Part shown: positions 1-9,305 of the stretch, piece by piece
Numbering within the stretch: position 1 is the stretch's first letter
Layout of the letters: every line of letters begins with the position of its first letter
Source of the DNA: a bacterium
GTDB taxonomy: Bacteria; Electryoneota; Electryoneia; Electryoneales; Electryoneaceae
Length of the DNA: 64,000 bases
Direction of reading: 5' to 3'
NCBI GenBank assembly: GCA_963675295.2
Contig: CAXXKJ010000002.1
Coordinates: 3,872,001-3,936,000 of the forward strand
The notes under the pieces: model-generated
The model's input: the letters and a program-made list of their open reading frames with translations, nothing else
The model's database searches: none
What the model was told of the DNA's origin: nothing
Made by a program: the position numbers and the translations under genes

Positions 1-1
1 A

Positions 2-634
2 GAGCTGAAGCTGATGGCGCATCAGCTGCGCGGCATGATGTGTGTCCCGTTCTTCGAGAAGGAAGTGTACGAGATGCTGGACCTGGAACGTTCGACCGAT
101 CGTGTGATGGACACCGCGCGCAAGATCGAGAAGCGGATGTCGTTCCAGCCGGCGCTTGCGCGTCCGACCTTGTCCGTGCCGCACCTGCAGGATAACGAGT
201 CCAGCGCGTATTATCACGCCTACATCCTCGCTCAGATGGCGGTGTATCAACTGCGGGCGTTCTTCCGCAAGCGGGACGGGCACCTGCTCGACAACCCGAA
301 GATCGGCAAGGATCTTGCTGAAGTGATCTGGGAACGTGGCAACGAGAAGAACTTCCTCGAATACATCAAGGATCTCACCGGCGAGGAATTCAGCGCGCAG
401 GCGACGGTCGATCTTGTCAACAAGGACCTCGACACGATTCACCGTGAGGTGGACGAAGCCCTGTCGAAGGAAAAGACCATCCCGCGTCACGAGGGCCCGG
501 TCGAGCTGCACCACGACATCACGATGATTTACGGTGACAAACAGGTCGCCCATTCGGACAGCGCGGCTACCTTCGAGACGATGGCGAAGGCGTACGGTGA
601 GTGGATCCGTGAGATGGAATCCGCGGCGGAGTAA
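2..634 (+). CDS. Peptidase M3-like metallopeptidase, C-terminal part (5' truncated by window edge)
   Basis: Frame open from window start. 'VPHL...SAYYHAYILAQM...IW.RGN...F.EYIKDLTGEE' resembles the M3 oligopeptidase C-terminus; HExxH motif not in window. Confidence 0.6.
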   Translation, partial: ELKLMAHQLRGMMCVPFFEKEVYEMLDLERSTDRVMDTARKIEKRMSFQPALARPTLSVPHLQDNESSAYYHAYILAQMAVYQLRAFFRKRDGHLLDNPKIGKDLAEVIWERGNEKNFLEYIKDLTGEEFSAQATVDLVNKDLDTIHREVDEALSKEKTIPRHEGPVELHHDITMIYGDKQVAHSDSAATFETMAKAYGEWIREMESAAE

Positions 635-641
635 GGTAGTT

Positions 642-669
642 TGCCCCGACGAGCTTGCTGGTCGGGATT
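642..669. repeat. REP-like palindrome, family A (cccgacca-gcaagc-tggtcggg-gca, reverse orientation, 1 mismatch)
   Basis: tgccccgacgagcttgctggtcgggatt is the reverse complement of the copies at 14417, 24496 and 62055. Confidence 0.85.
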
Positions 670-692
670 CTCAGCGTTCAAATACCAACATC

Positions 693-724
693 AAACGGCC
701 CGCGCATTCATGCACGGGCCTTTT
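693..724. terminator. Intrinsic terminator between convergent genes
   Basis: aaac-ggcccg(c)gca ttca tgc(a)cgggcc-tttt hairpin with flanking A/T tracts. Confidence 0.65.
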
Positions 725-788
725 CACTTGGTCTCACTCTTGCACGTGTTGGCTCCGCCAACGCGGGTATTCCTATGCGGACACGTCG

Positions 789-1709
789 CTACCGTTTCCG
801 CAGCAACCGCTCATAGAAGTCGGCGTGTTGTTCGTTGGGATCGAGCGACGCCAGTTTCGACAACGGGCTCCACTCCTCGTATTCCGATAACGCGCTGGCG
901 TAGTTGTAATAGTTGAGGTCGTAGAACCGCTTCAACTTGGCGGTATCCCGGATCTTGTCGAGCTGCTTGATCGCGTACAGCAGGTACTGTTTCGCGGTCT
1001 CGCGGTCGCGTTCGGTGTAGTATAACCACTCGCCGGTGTAGTACAGGAAGTTGAGGTAGCGGATGTAATCGTTCTGCGGGTCGGTGATCTCCTCGACCCA
1101 CTCCTCACGCTTGTCCCAACCGAGGAAATAGCGGCTGGATAGCCGTGCCTGCGACGCGATCTGCCGTGCGCGCTCGTAATACGGTTCCCCGCCGAACTTC
1201 TTCACCTTGTCGTGTTCGAAACCGAGCGCCATGAAGGTGTAAAAGTCGATCGCGCTGCGGAATGAATCGAACTGATCATTGAAGAACAGCTGTGTGCCCG
1301 GATCGTACGCGAACTGCCAGCGCGGGTCTGAATACTGCATGTTGCTGCGGTTTGAAACCACGATCTGCGCTTTGTAGCGGTCCTCGAACTCGACATCGAG
1401 GACTTCGTCAAAGTAAATCTCGACGTCAAACTCGAGATTGTACTTGTAATCGTTCGGCCCCCACTCCCGCTGGTTGAGGTAATTCTCGACGATCCGGTCG
1501 AGGCCGTTCAGCTTGTTCTGGTTCTCCTGCGGCATCTTGTCGGTGTTGATCTTGACATACGACACCAACCGCTGCGCCGATGCGGGCAGGGTGATCAAGG
1601 TCAACAGGAGCAGAACGAGCACGGCCATGCGTGCGGCGGATGCGCCTCGTGGGGCGGAAGTTTTCACTGCGTTGTGTCGGGCGAACGTCATCGTGCGTCT
1701 ATCCACCAA
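789..1709 (-). CDS. DUF4835 family / T9SS PorD-like secreted protein (true start probably downstream, near MAVLVLLL)
   Basis: Signal peptide ending ASA-Q; 'YLN.R.W', 'D..WQF.Y', 'DFY..MALG...D.....GG..YY..A' pattern typical of DUF4835. Confidence 0.7.
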   Translation of the reverse strand: MVDRRTMTFARHNAVKTSAPRGASAARMAVLVLLLLTLITLPASAQRLVSYVKINTDKMPQENQNKLNGLDRIVENYLNQREWGPNDYKYNLEFDVEIYFDEVLDVEFEDRYKAQIVVSNRSNMQYSDPRWQFAYDPGTQLFFNDQFDSFRSAIDFYTFMALGFEHDKVKKFGGEPYYERARQIASQARLSSRYFLGWDKREEWVEEITDPQNDYIRYLNFLYYTGEWLYYTERDRETAKQYLLYAIKQLDKIRDTAKLKRFYDLNYYNYASALSEYEEWSPLSKLASLDPNEQHADFYERLLRKR

Positions 1710-1799
1710 TCGTTTGGGACGGTCGTTCGGTCGATCAGAAGGTAGGCTCTCGAACTGGAAGAGTCACGTGCTCACGGTGCGGCTGGTTCCATCGGGGCT

Positions 1800-2543
1800 C
1801 TACGCGGCGGTGCGGTTGTCTGCGGACCAGATTCGGTAGGAATCGGGCATGTTGTCGTAGGTGGTGCCGTTTAACGTGCGTCCGGCCGCCTTCTTGTTTC
1901 GTCCGCCCCACTGCTTGAAGAAGAACGGCACGCGGGCGGCTTTGCATTGATGTAAGATATCCTGCACCCACTCGGGATCCATCGGACGCGCCTTCGGGCC
2001 AGATTCGCCGCCGACGATCACCCAGTCGATGCCGTCGAGGTTCATCGGGCCGGTGGGTCCGATCAACGGTTCGACGCTAAGGAATTTCGTTTTCGCCGGA
2101 GTGGCACGGAGGGAATCGATGCGTTTCACGACCTGGTAATTCTCGACGCTGACACCCATCCAGATATTGTCCGTCCACTCGAGCTCAGGCGCGAGTTTCG
2201 CCAAACGGCGGTCCCGTTTTGTCAGGATCTGGTAGAGGTGGGGTGTCTCGCGCATCACCTTGAAGACGGATTGGATGAACTCGAGCGGGACGTCCGGATG
2301 GAACAGGTCGGACATCGAGTTGACGAAGATGATCTGTGGTTTCTTCCACGAACGCGGCTTGTCGACCACCTCAGGATGGACACGGACAGAGAATCCCGCC
2401 TGGTAATTCGGCTGCCCCATCGCCTTGAGTCGCCGGGTCATCGTCTCGGCGTAACAGTAGCGGCAACCCTCACTCACCTTGCTGCAACCGGTGACCGGGT
2501 TCCATGTGGATTCGGTCCACTCTATTCGAGATGCGATGGCCAT
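1800..2543 (-). CDS. DUF5131 / phage Gp37/Gp68 family protein (radical-SAM-like three-Cys motif)
   Basis: IEWT..TWNPVTGCSKVSEGCRYCYA, IFVNSMSDLFH, SVEPLIG, WVIVGGESG, FFFKQWGG. Confidence 0.95.
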   Translation of the reverse strand: MAIASRIEWTESTWNPVTGCSKVSEGCRYCYAETMTRRLKAMGQPNYQAGFSVRVHPEVVDKPRSWKKPQIIFVNSMSDLFHPDVPLEFIQSVFKVMRETPHLYQILTKRDRRLAKLAPELEWTDNIWMGVSVENYQVVKRIDSLRATPAKTKFLSVEPLIGPTGPMNLDGIDWVIVGGESGPKARPMDPEWVQDILHQCKAARVPFFFKQWGGRNKKAAGRTLNGTTYDNMPDSYRIWSADNRTAA

Positions 2544-2546
2544 GGC

Positions 2547-3605
2547 TTAGAACCTAAACGTAACATAGCATTCAGAAGGGTAGTTTACCTCCGGCACCTT
2601 TCGTGGATAGGTTTCTGTGTGTTTTTCAAGCAGCCCCTCACTCAGTAACTTTCTAAAAGTGTAATTCAAATGTTTAGGCAAGAATCGAGTATCATCTTCG
2701 ACATATCCACGTATATCGCCGACCATTATTCTATTCAATGATCCATATTTTGTCTTCAATATATCAATCAAACTATCATAAACATAATCCGACTCAAACA
2801 TTCCAAGTTGATCAGGATTTTTTCTATCAGAAAAATGATAACCATATACAGGATCAGCTTTCCAATAGGCATCCTTCATCTTATGAAATCCTCTGACATG
2901 ATTAGTAAAATGAATCAAATGATAAATTACTTGATTAGATTTTCCAACAATTTCAAATGGGAGTATTTTCATATTCGGTTTTATATTTCTCATTTTTGAT
3001 ATATATTTTTTCAGCAAATATTCCTTTTCATCTCTTATATCATTAGGTATCTGCATCATTTCACCAAAATAATCTTCTATAAGTTCTTTATTTCTATTCA
3101 AACCTTGAATATTAAAATTTAGGAGAATTTCAACGGAATCAAGCTCTAATAACTTAATAATATCTGAAAAGTAAATATCTTTGAATCCAAATGGATCTAA
3201 GAATATAAATCCCGCCGTATTCTTATCAGCGAGCTCATCTATAACAGTTTTGATAAAATCGGACCAATTTTGATTGATTATATCTACATGTAAATATTTA
3301 TAATTAGCCTTAGAATATAATTTGTTTAAATGTGCGATACACTTAGCATCTGCATCGTTGAAGTAGAATTTATTAGCTGCCTCAGTTATTCTTGGAGACT
3401 TATTCGCCTCGATCAAGGCTGCTAATGGTGAACCATAATTATAATTAGTATATTCTCCTGGTCCACACATTCCATCGATATAAACAATAGAATCGAACTG
3501 ACGACAACAAATAGGAAACCATGCTTTCAAATAGTTTCTTAGAATTTGTATCTTGATTTTGGTATGTTCGTCAGCTTCCCAAGGGATAGAGTGATTCTTC
3601 GACAT
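2547..3605 (-). CDS. tcmP: Three-Cys-motif partner protein TcmP (methyltransferase-like, C-terminal wHTH-like region)
   Basis: HT..K...L..YL.AW, YIDG.CGPG, GSPL, FIFLDPFG motifs; AAGGAG RBS before ATG at 3605; ends 3 bp before the DUF5131 start; strongly AT-rich. Confidence 0.88.
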   Translation of the reverse strand: MSKNHSIPWEADEHTKIKIQILRNYLKAWFPICCRQFDSIVYIDGMCGPGEYTNYNYGSPLAALIEANKSPRITEAANKFYFNDADAKCIAHLNKLYSKANYKYLHVDIINQNWSDFIKTVIDELADKNTAGFIFLDPFGFKDIYFSDIIKLLELDSVEILLNFNIQGLNRNKELIEDYFGEMMQIPNDIRDEKEYLLKKYISKMRNIKPNMKILPFEIVGKSNQVIYHLIHFTNHVRGFHKMKDAYWKADPVYGYHFSDRKNPDQLGMFESDYVYDSLIDILKTKYGSLNRIMVGDIRGYVEDDTRFLPKHLNYTFRKLLSEGLLEKHTETYPRKVPEVNYPSECYVTFRF

Positions 3606-3669
3606 TCTGGCCTTCTCCTTTCTAAGACTGAACAAAAGTACAGCCCACAGAGAAGAAATGCAAGTACTT

Positions 3670-4179
3670 TCACTGTATCTCCACCAACGGCACGTTCGCG
3701 TCAACCTGATCGCCCTCGGCGCAGTCGAGTGTGACGATCTCGCCTGACATCGGGGCGCGGAGGGTGTGTTCCATCTTCATCGCTTCGACGATCAGCACCG
3801 GCGCGCCTTCCTCAATCGTGTCGCCGACCTTCGCGAATACCTTGATCACTTTGCCGGGCATCGGTGCGGCGACCATATTCTCGGCGACGGCTGCGGCTCC
3901 GCCGTCATCGTCGGAAACGCTGGTGAAGCGGTAGATGCGGCCGTCCACGGCGGCCCAGACGGTCCCGTTGCGTTCTTTTGCGGCGGCGACGGCGTGACGG
4001 CTGCCCCCCTCCACGCGCCACAGGCCGGCCTGCGCGGCGGTGGGTGTGAATTCGCCCTGCAGAGTGACGGGCTGGGAGTCGTCACCGTCCGGTGTGAGCT
4101 CGGCGCTGAGGTACGTTTCGCTGCGTTGCGCCTTGACGGTTACGGTCGTGTCACTGGTCTTGTAGGCTCGTTTCTTCAT
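3670..4179 (-). CDS. Biotin carboxyl carrier protein subunit of an acyl-CoA carboxylase (BT-like + biotinyl domain)
   Basis: APMPGKV...EAMKMEH biotinylation motif; directly downstream of biotin carboxylase. Confidence 0.92.
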   Translation of the reverse strand: MKKRAYKTSDTTVTVKAQRSETYLSAELTPDGDDSQPVTLQGEFTPTAAQAGLWRVEGGSRHAVAAAKERNGTVWAAVDGRIYRFTSVSDDDGGAAAVAENMVAAPMPGKVIKVFAKVGDTIEEGAPVLIVEAMKMEHTLRAPMSGEIVTLDCAEGDQVDANVPLVEIQ

Positions 4180-4214
4180 CGTCTATGCCTCAAATCGTGT
4201 GATATCAACGTTGA

Positions 4215-5735
4215 TTACACCTTCACCCCGATGCGCCACGGTCCGGCGGTGGTCCATGGGCTCGGGATGCCGCCCGTGCCTTCGAAACCGGCGGCGTCAC
4301 CGTTCGTGGCCGCGGCTCCGCTTGACTCGCCCAATCCGGCCGCGACGGCGAGCGCGACCTGTTCGGTTTGCAGATCGTGCCCGGTCCAGCCGTCGAAATG
4401 GGTCGGAATGAAGTCGGTGTAGGTGCGTCCGGCGATGAATTCCGGGTGCGCGAGGACGTCCCGCAGGAACGGCGCGGTGGTCGGCACGCCGAGTGCGATG
4501 TAGCGTTCGAGGGCGTGGATCAGGCGGACGCGAGCGGCTTCACGATCATGCCCGAAGCCGATCACTTTCGCCATGATCGGGTCGTAGAAGATGGGCACGT
4601 CCACGCCTTCCGCGACGCCACCGTCCACACGGATGCCCGGGCCGCTGGGTTCACGCAGGTACAGCAACGGTCCCGCCGCCGGAAGGAAGCCGGCCGCCGG
4701 ATCCTCGGCATAGATTCGGGCCTGGATCGCGTGGCCGTGTTGCTTCAGATCTTCCTGTTTCCACGGCAATTTTTCGCCCGCCGCGACACGGAATTGTTGT
4801 GCGACGAGGTCGAGGCCGGTGGTTTCCTCTGTGACCGGATGCTCGACCTGGATGCGGGTGTTGACCTCGAGGAAGTAGAACTCCTGGCGCGGGTCGTCGA
4901 AGAGGAACTCGACCGTGCCGGCGTTGATGTAGTCGGACGCTTTCACTGCTTCGACCGCCGCCGCGCCCATTTTCGCGCGCATCTCGGGGGTCAGCGCGGT
5001 GGACGGTGTCTCCTCGACGACTTTCTGGTGCCGGCGCTGGATCGAGCATTCGCGTTCGAAGACGTGGACGGCGTTGCCGTGCTGGTCGGCGAACACCTGG
5101 AACTCGATGTGGCGTGGCTTCTCGACGTAGCGTTCGATGAACACGCGGGCGTCGCCGAAGGCACCCTTCGCCTCACGGGCCGCGCCCTCGATGGCTTCCG
5201 CGAACTGGGCGGGATCGCGCACGATGCGCATGCCCTTGCCGCCACCGCCCGCCGCCGCCTTGATCAGCACCGGGTAGCCGATTTTCTCCGCTTCGGCCTG
5301 GTAGGTGGCGAGGTCAACGTCACCCTCGCCTGCATAACCCGGGGTGACCGGCACACCGGCCTTTTCCATCGTGATCCGGCTGGCGACCTTGTCACCGAGG
5401 TGCGTGATGGCCGCGGGAGGCGGTCCGATCCAGGTGAGGCCGGCGTCCATGACCGCCTTCGCGAAGACCGCTCGTTCCGAGAGGAAGCCGTATCCCGGGT
5501 GGACGCAGTCGCAGCCGCTGGTGCGTGCGGCGTCGATCAGGCGTTCGATGTCGAGGTACGATTGCGCGGCCTCGGCGGGTCCGATGTGGACGGCGTCATC
5601 GGCGGAACGGACGTGCAACGCGCGCGAATCGGCGTCACTGTAGACGGCGACCGGACTGATGCCGAGGGTACGGGCTGCACGGATGATGCGGACGGCGATT
5701 TCGCCACGGTTGGCCACCAGCACTCGTTTGAACAT
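4215..5735 (-). CDS. Biotin carboxylase subunit of acetyl/propionyl/methylcrotonyl-CoA carboxylase
   Basis: MFKRVLVANRGEIA, HPGYGFLSE, GGGGKGMR, ERECSIQRRHQK, FLEVNTRIQVEH; GGGGAG RBS before ATG at 5735. Confidence 0.95.
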   Translation of the reverse strand: MFKRVLVANRGEIAVRIIRAARTLGISPVAVYSDADSRALHVRSADDAVHIGPAEAAQSYLDIERLIDAARTSGCDCVHPGYGFLSERAVFAKAVMDAGLTWIGPPPAAITHLGDKVASRITMEKAGVPVTPGYAGEGDVDLATYQAEAEKIGYPVLIKAAAGGGGKGMRIVRDPAQFAEAIEGAAREAKGAFGDARVFIERYVEKPRHIEFQVFADQHGNAVHVFERECSIQRRHQKVVEETPSTALTPEMRAKMGAAAVEAVKASDYINAGTVEFLFDDPRQEFYFLEVNTRIQVEHPVTEETTGLDLVAQQFRVAAGEKLPWKQEDLKQHGHAIQARIYAEDPAAGFLPAAGPLLYLREPSGPGIRVDGGVAEGVDVPIFYDPIMAKVIGFGHDREAARVRLIHALERYIALGVPTTAPFLRDVLAHPEFIAGRTYTDFIPTHFDGWTGHDLQTEQVALAVAAGLGESSGAAATNGDAAGFEGTGGIPSPWTTAGPWRIGVKV

Positions 5736-6017
5736 GGATCTCCCCTGTCTGGCGATGGTGTTTCGGAAGATTAGGAAGGTGCGGCGCGAAAGATGGGATC
5801 GCAAGCGGGAGCGGGGCGGAAATACCGTGCACTGTCCGGCGAAGCTCCAGTCTCGTGAGCATTGTACGATGCGGTAAGACGCCAGTCTCTTCAGGATGAT
5901 TTGAACTCTGAGAAAATTTTTGTCCATGCACCGACGAAATGTGCGCGGGACAATTGTTTGTTGTAGTTTGTTGTTTGCTACGTTTATCGCCAGCAGTTCA
6001 AATGAATGGGGAAAATC

Positions 6018-7760
6018 ATGAAAACCACTTTGGCATGTGTCCTGCTGTTGTTCGCCTTCACAGTCAGCGCCCAACCACCCGCTATCGACTGGGAACTCAC
6101 GTTCGACTTCGGTGATACCACGAGCACCTTTGATCCGCACGAATCCTTCCTCGGGGTTCGTGGACTGGATGACGGAGGGTACATCCTCTGCGGCTATACG
6201 GACCACGGGTCCGTCGAAGAACGCGGGTTGGTCATGCGGATGAACGTTCAGGGTGAAGTGTTGTGGACTGCTGAGATCGACCGCTCACCAAACCCGATTT
6301 CCTGGGAGCAACGGATCTTCGACATTGTCCCCACCCGGGACGGCGGATTCGCTGCGGTCGGTCACACCGATAATTCGCCAAATCAAGACAATTTCGTGGC
6401 CAAATTCAGCGACACCGGATTTCAGGAATGGATGACAGCTAGCTGGGACGGGTTCGTGAAAATCCGGGAGCGACCGGATGGTGTCCTCGTCGTCGCTGAA
6501 AAAGGGGGCATTGACACCTACCACCAGATTTTTAACTACTCAAGCGAAGGTGACTTGTTGTCCTCTTCCACTGGAATCAGTGGTGGCTTGTACGACCTCG
6601 AAATCGATGCCGATGGCAATTATGTGACCACCGGCCGTGATCGATACAGTTATGATGGTGCTGAATTCCGAATGACCAAACTCACCCCTCCGGGCCAGAT
6701 TGCCTGGGGTATTCCTTGTTTTGATGGTCTGCTGGGAGTGGGACATGACGTCGAGGTTGCCGCCGACGGCAACTATGTCGCGTGTGGGTCCTACGGTTCA
6801 AACACCGGCGGTTGGCATACTGCGCTGGTAAAGGTTTCGCCGGACGGCACCATCTTGTGGCATAGAGGGCAACCGGGCGGTTGGCGTCTCGTTGAGATGG
6901 GTGACCGGGGATTTGTTGTTGCCGGTTTTGAAGCAGATGGCCTCGTGTTGTATCGAACAGGGTCGTTCGGAAATCCGTTGTGGTCAACCATTGTCGATTC
7001 CACAATGAAATTGGAGGCGATGGACGTCTCACGTGACGGGGGTATCATCCTTGCCGGCAGCGCTCTTGATGCTGATGGTTTTTGGGACATGAAGGTCATC
7101 AAGTTCATGCCGGAAGCCAACATCCTGCTTGAACCGGACACTCAGGTTGTCCCGTCGGGTGGCGGAATGATTCAGCTGGATGTGACGATTACACATCGCC
7201 TTCTGCGCGAGACAACCTTGCCCGGCATGCTGCAAGCGGTGCTGCCCAATGGCCACCGAATCGAGATTCAGTCATTTGATCTTGCACTCATACCGGACGA
7301 GGATATCCAGGTCAGCGACTATCCGGTTCAGATTCCAGCGAGCGCACCCTCCGGAATCTACACTCTTGAAGCAACGTTGGGCGATCCGGACACTGAACAT
7401 GCGCTTGGGTTTGCTTCAGTCACGTTTGAAAAGCTGTCAACAGCCGCGGACAATGGCGGTATCCCGGCAGAGGATTCCGAACTGATACTGAAGAGTCGGG
7501 ACAAGCTGCAACTCAACGCCTCACCGAACCCGTTCAACCCGGCGACAACGATCTCGCTGGCGTTGCCCGACGCTGGTGAGGTGATGGTGCGTGTACTGAA
7601 CGTGCTCGGGCAGCAGGTGGCGACGGTTCAGGACGGCGTGTTGCCGGCGGGTTCGCACAGGTTCGTGTTTGACGGGTCGGCGTTGAGCAGCGGCGTGTAT
7701 TTCGTCCAAGTGCAGGCGGGTAGCGAAAGCCTGATCCGCAAGGTGCTGTTGACCCGGTAA
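6018..7760 (+). CDS. Secreted beta-propeller-like protein with T9SS type A C-terminal sorting domain
   Basis: Signal peptide; repeated 'DGGY/DGNY...G.....W' blades; C-terminal SPNPFNPATTI...NVLGQQV...SSGVYF...KVLL. Confidence 0.85.
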   Translation: MKTTLACVLLLFAFTVSAQPPAIDWELTFDFGDTTSTFDPHESFLGVRGLDDGGYILCGYTDHGSVEERGLVMRMNVQGEVLWTAEIDRSPNPISWEQRIFDIVPTRDGGFAAVGHTDNSPNQDNFVAKFSDTGFQEWMTASWDGFVKIRERPDGVLVVAEKGGIDTYHQIFNYSSEGDLLSSSTGISGGLYDLEIDADGNYVTTGRDRYSYDGAEFRMTKLTPPGQIAWGIPCFDGLLGVGHDVEVAADGNYVACGSYGSNTGGWHTALVKVSPDGTILWHRGQPGGWRLVEMGDRGFVVAGFEADGLVLYRTGSFGNPLWSTIVDSTMKLEAMDVSRDGGIILAGSALDADGFWDMKVIKFMPEANILLEPDTQVVPSGGGMIQLDVTITHRLLRETTLPGMLQAVLPNGHRIEIQSFDLALIPDEDIQVSDYPVQIPASAPSGIYTLEATLGDPDTEHALGFASVTFEKLSTAADNGGIPAEDSELILKSRDKLQLNASPNPFNPATTISLALPDAGEVMVRVLNVLGQQVATVQDGVLPAGSHRFVFDGSALSSGVYFVQVQAGSESLIRKVLLTR

Positions 7761-7783
7761 AGCCGTGTACAAAGCCAGGCGAT

Positions 7784-7825
7784 ATCCCCGTGGATTGCGT
7801 CATGGTCCACGGGGATTCTGTTTTT
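7784..7825 (+). terminator. Intrinsic terminator
   Basis: atccccgtgga...tccacggggat stem followed by tctgttttt, 23 nt after the stop. Confidence 0.75.
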
Positions 7826-8097
7826 GATTCGGCTGCTGAGAATCATCTGGAACACGCGTGATTTGTAGTCGCGAAGGGTTTCAGGGAGGCCCTCGAATCC
7901 CAGGCAGAGATCTTGCTGATCGTGTCAGGAATGTGTTTCATTTACAGTAGGACGTGTCCCAATACAACTTGTCATCACACTTCGGGCGTTTTGGTTCTTC
8001 CGGGAGCGAGCGGCTTTCCGCGCAATGGGCCAGGCAGATTCAGACGAGTATCAGCGAGTGACCACATCATTCACGCGTGCACTGGAAAGGTCATGAA

Positions 8098-9087
8098 ATG
8101 AGCAACGATGTTGATCTGAAGCCTGTCCCTCTCGAGTCGCTGCAGAAAGCCATCGCGAGCACCCTCGATTGGCCCAGAACTGGTATCAAATGGTCCCGGA
8201 TGCGCACGTCCAGCGTGAACTATGTCTACCGTGCCCGATATGGCAAAGATTCTGTTGTTATCAAGCATTCCGATAATACCGTCATCAAGACCCATTGGGA
8301 CATTCCGCCAAACCATCTGCACAACGAATACACGTTTCTCAAGTTGGGGCAGACATCCGAGGTGCTCGCTCCTCATCTGCCGCAGCCGCTGGCGTTCCTC
8401 GAGGATGAGAACGTGCTCATCATGTCCGACGTCGGCCGGACGCGTTTTCTGATTCACCATGGATTCCCGTGGTTCCGCAGCAAGCGGGAGATCTTCGGGC
8501 AGACCGGGCGTGTGCTGGCTACGATTCACGGATTTGATTACCCTGACACCTTCCGCCGGAACATCGACCTCGAGGAGATCTACAGTCTGGTGACACGGTT
8601 CAAGCTGGAACCGCTGCTGCATGAGGAGTGGGATTATCTTGCGGACTTCCGGCCTGGTGCGGAGCGGGAGTTTGTGCTGCTCGACTTTTCACCGCGTAAC
8701 ATCCTGCACAATCGGATCAGCTTTCACCTGATCGATTTCGACCTGATCACTGTTGGCTATCAACTGTTCGACGTGGCTCATTTTATCAGCTATGTCACGC
8801 AGATCGCGTTCCGTCGTGACGACCGCAAACTGATGGCGGCGTTGAAGTGTTTCCTTACCGGGTATTGCCAGGAACGTGATAATGGACTGGATGCGGATCG
8901 TGTGATCTCGGATGAGAAGTTCCTCAAGTATTTTACGGGGATGTTTTTCCACAAGCTTTCGCACACCCGGCTGAAGCTGAAGGAAGACATCATCCGAGCG
9001 TTTCTGATCGATTTCAGCCAGCGCAGGTTTGATTCGTGGGCCGACTTCAGTAGCCAGTTGTTCGCCCTGCGGAAAAAGCTACGCTGA
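8098..9087 (+). CDS. APH/choline-kinase-fold phosphotransferase
   Basis: VNYVYR, VVIKH, NE..FL, P.PL, LIMSD.G, G..LA.IH, catalytic-loop-like DFSPRNIL, LIDFD, FDVA. Confidence 0.7.
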   Translation: MSNDVDLKPVPLESLQKAIASTLDWPRTGIKWSRMRTSSVNYVYRARYGKDSVVIKHSDNTVIKTHWDIPPNHLHNEYTFLKLGQTSEVLAPHLPQPLAFLEDENVLIMSDVGRTRFLIHHGFPWFRSKREIFGQTGRVLATIHGFDYPDTFRRNIDLEEIYSLVTRFKLEPLLHEEWDYLADFRPGAEREFVLLDFSPRNILHNRISFHLIDFDLITVGYQLFDVAHFISYVTQIAFRRDDRKLMAALKCFLTGYCQERDNGLDADRVISDEKFLKYFTGMFFHKLSHTRLKLKEDIIRAFLIDFSQRRFDSWADFSSQLFALRKKLR

Positions 9088-9305
9088 CCGCGCTGGGCGT
9101 ATTGTGCGTCCTGCTGTGAATCCGGCGGCAATCAACCTTCAGCTTAGCATTTCCGGTGCCCTGTACAACCCGTTTTCCGGGTGTCTTCGAGTTTGAACTC
9201 CCGGCTGCAGCGCTTACATTTGTGCCCAATCTTTCAGCGGCGCCTCGGGAACCGTGTATCCGATCCACGGGCTTTTCGATCGCCGCACAACCAGGCAGGG
9301 ATTCC

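Noticed and set aside
1800-2543. Prophage suggested by the 'phage Gp37/Gp68' family name
   Set aside because: No structural, integrase or replication phage genes nearby; this family commonly occurs with tcmP outside phages.
5736-6206. N-terminal extension of the biotin carboxylase ORF
   Set aside because: Overlaps the divergent gene; the canonical MFKRVLVANRGE start with RBS is at 5735.
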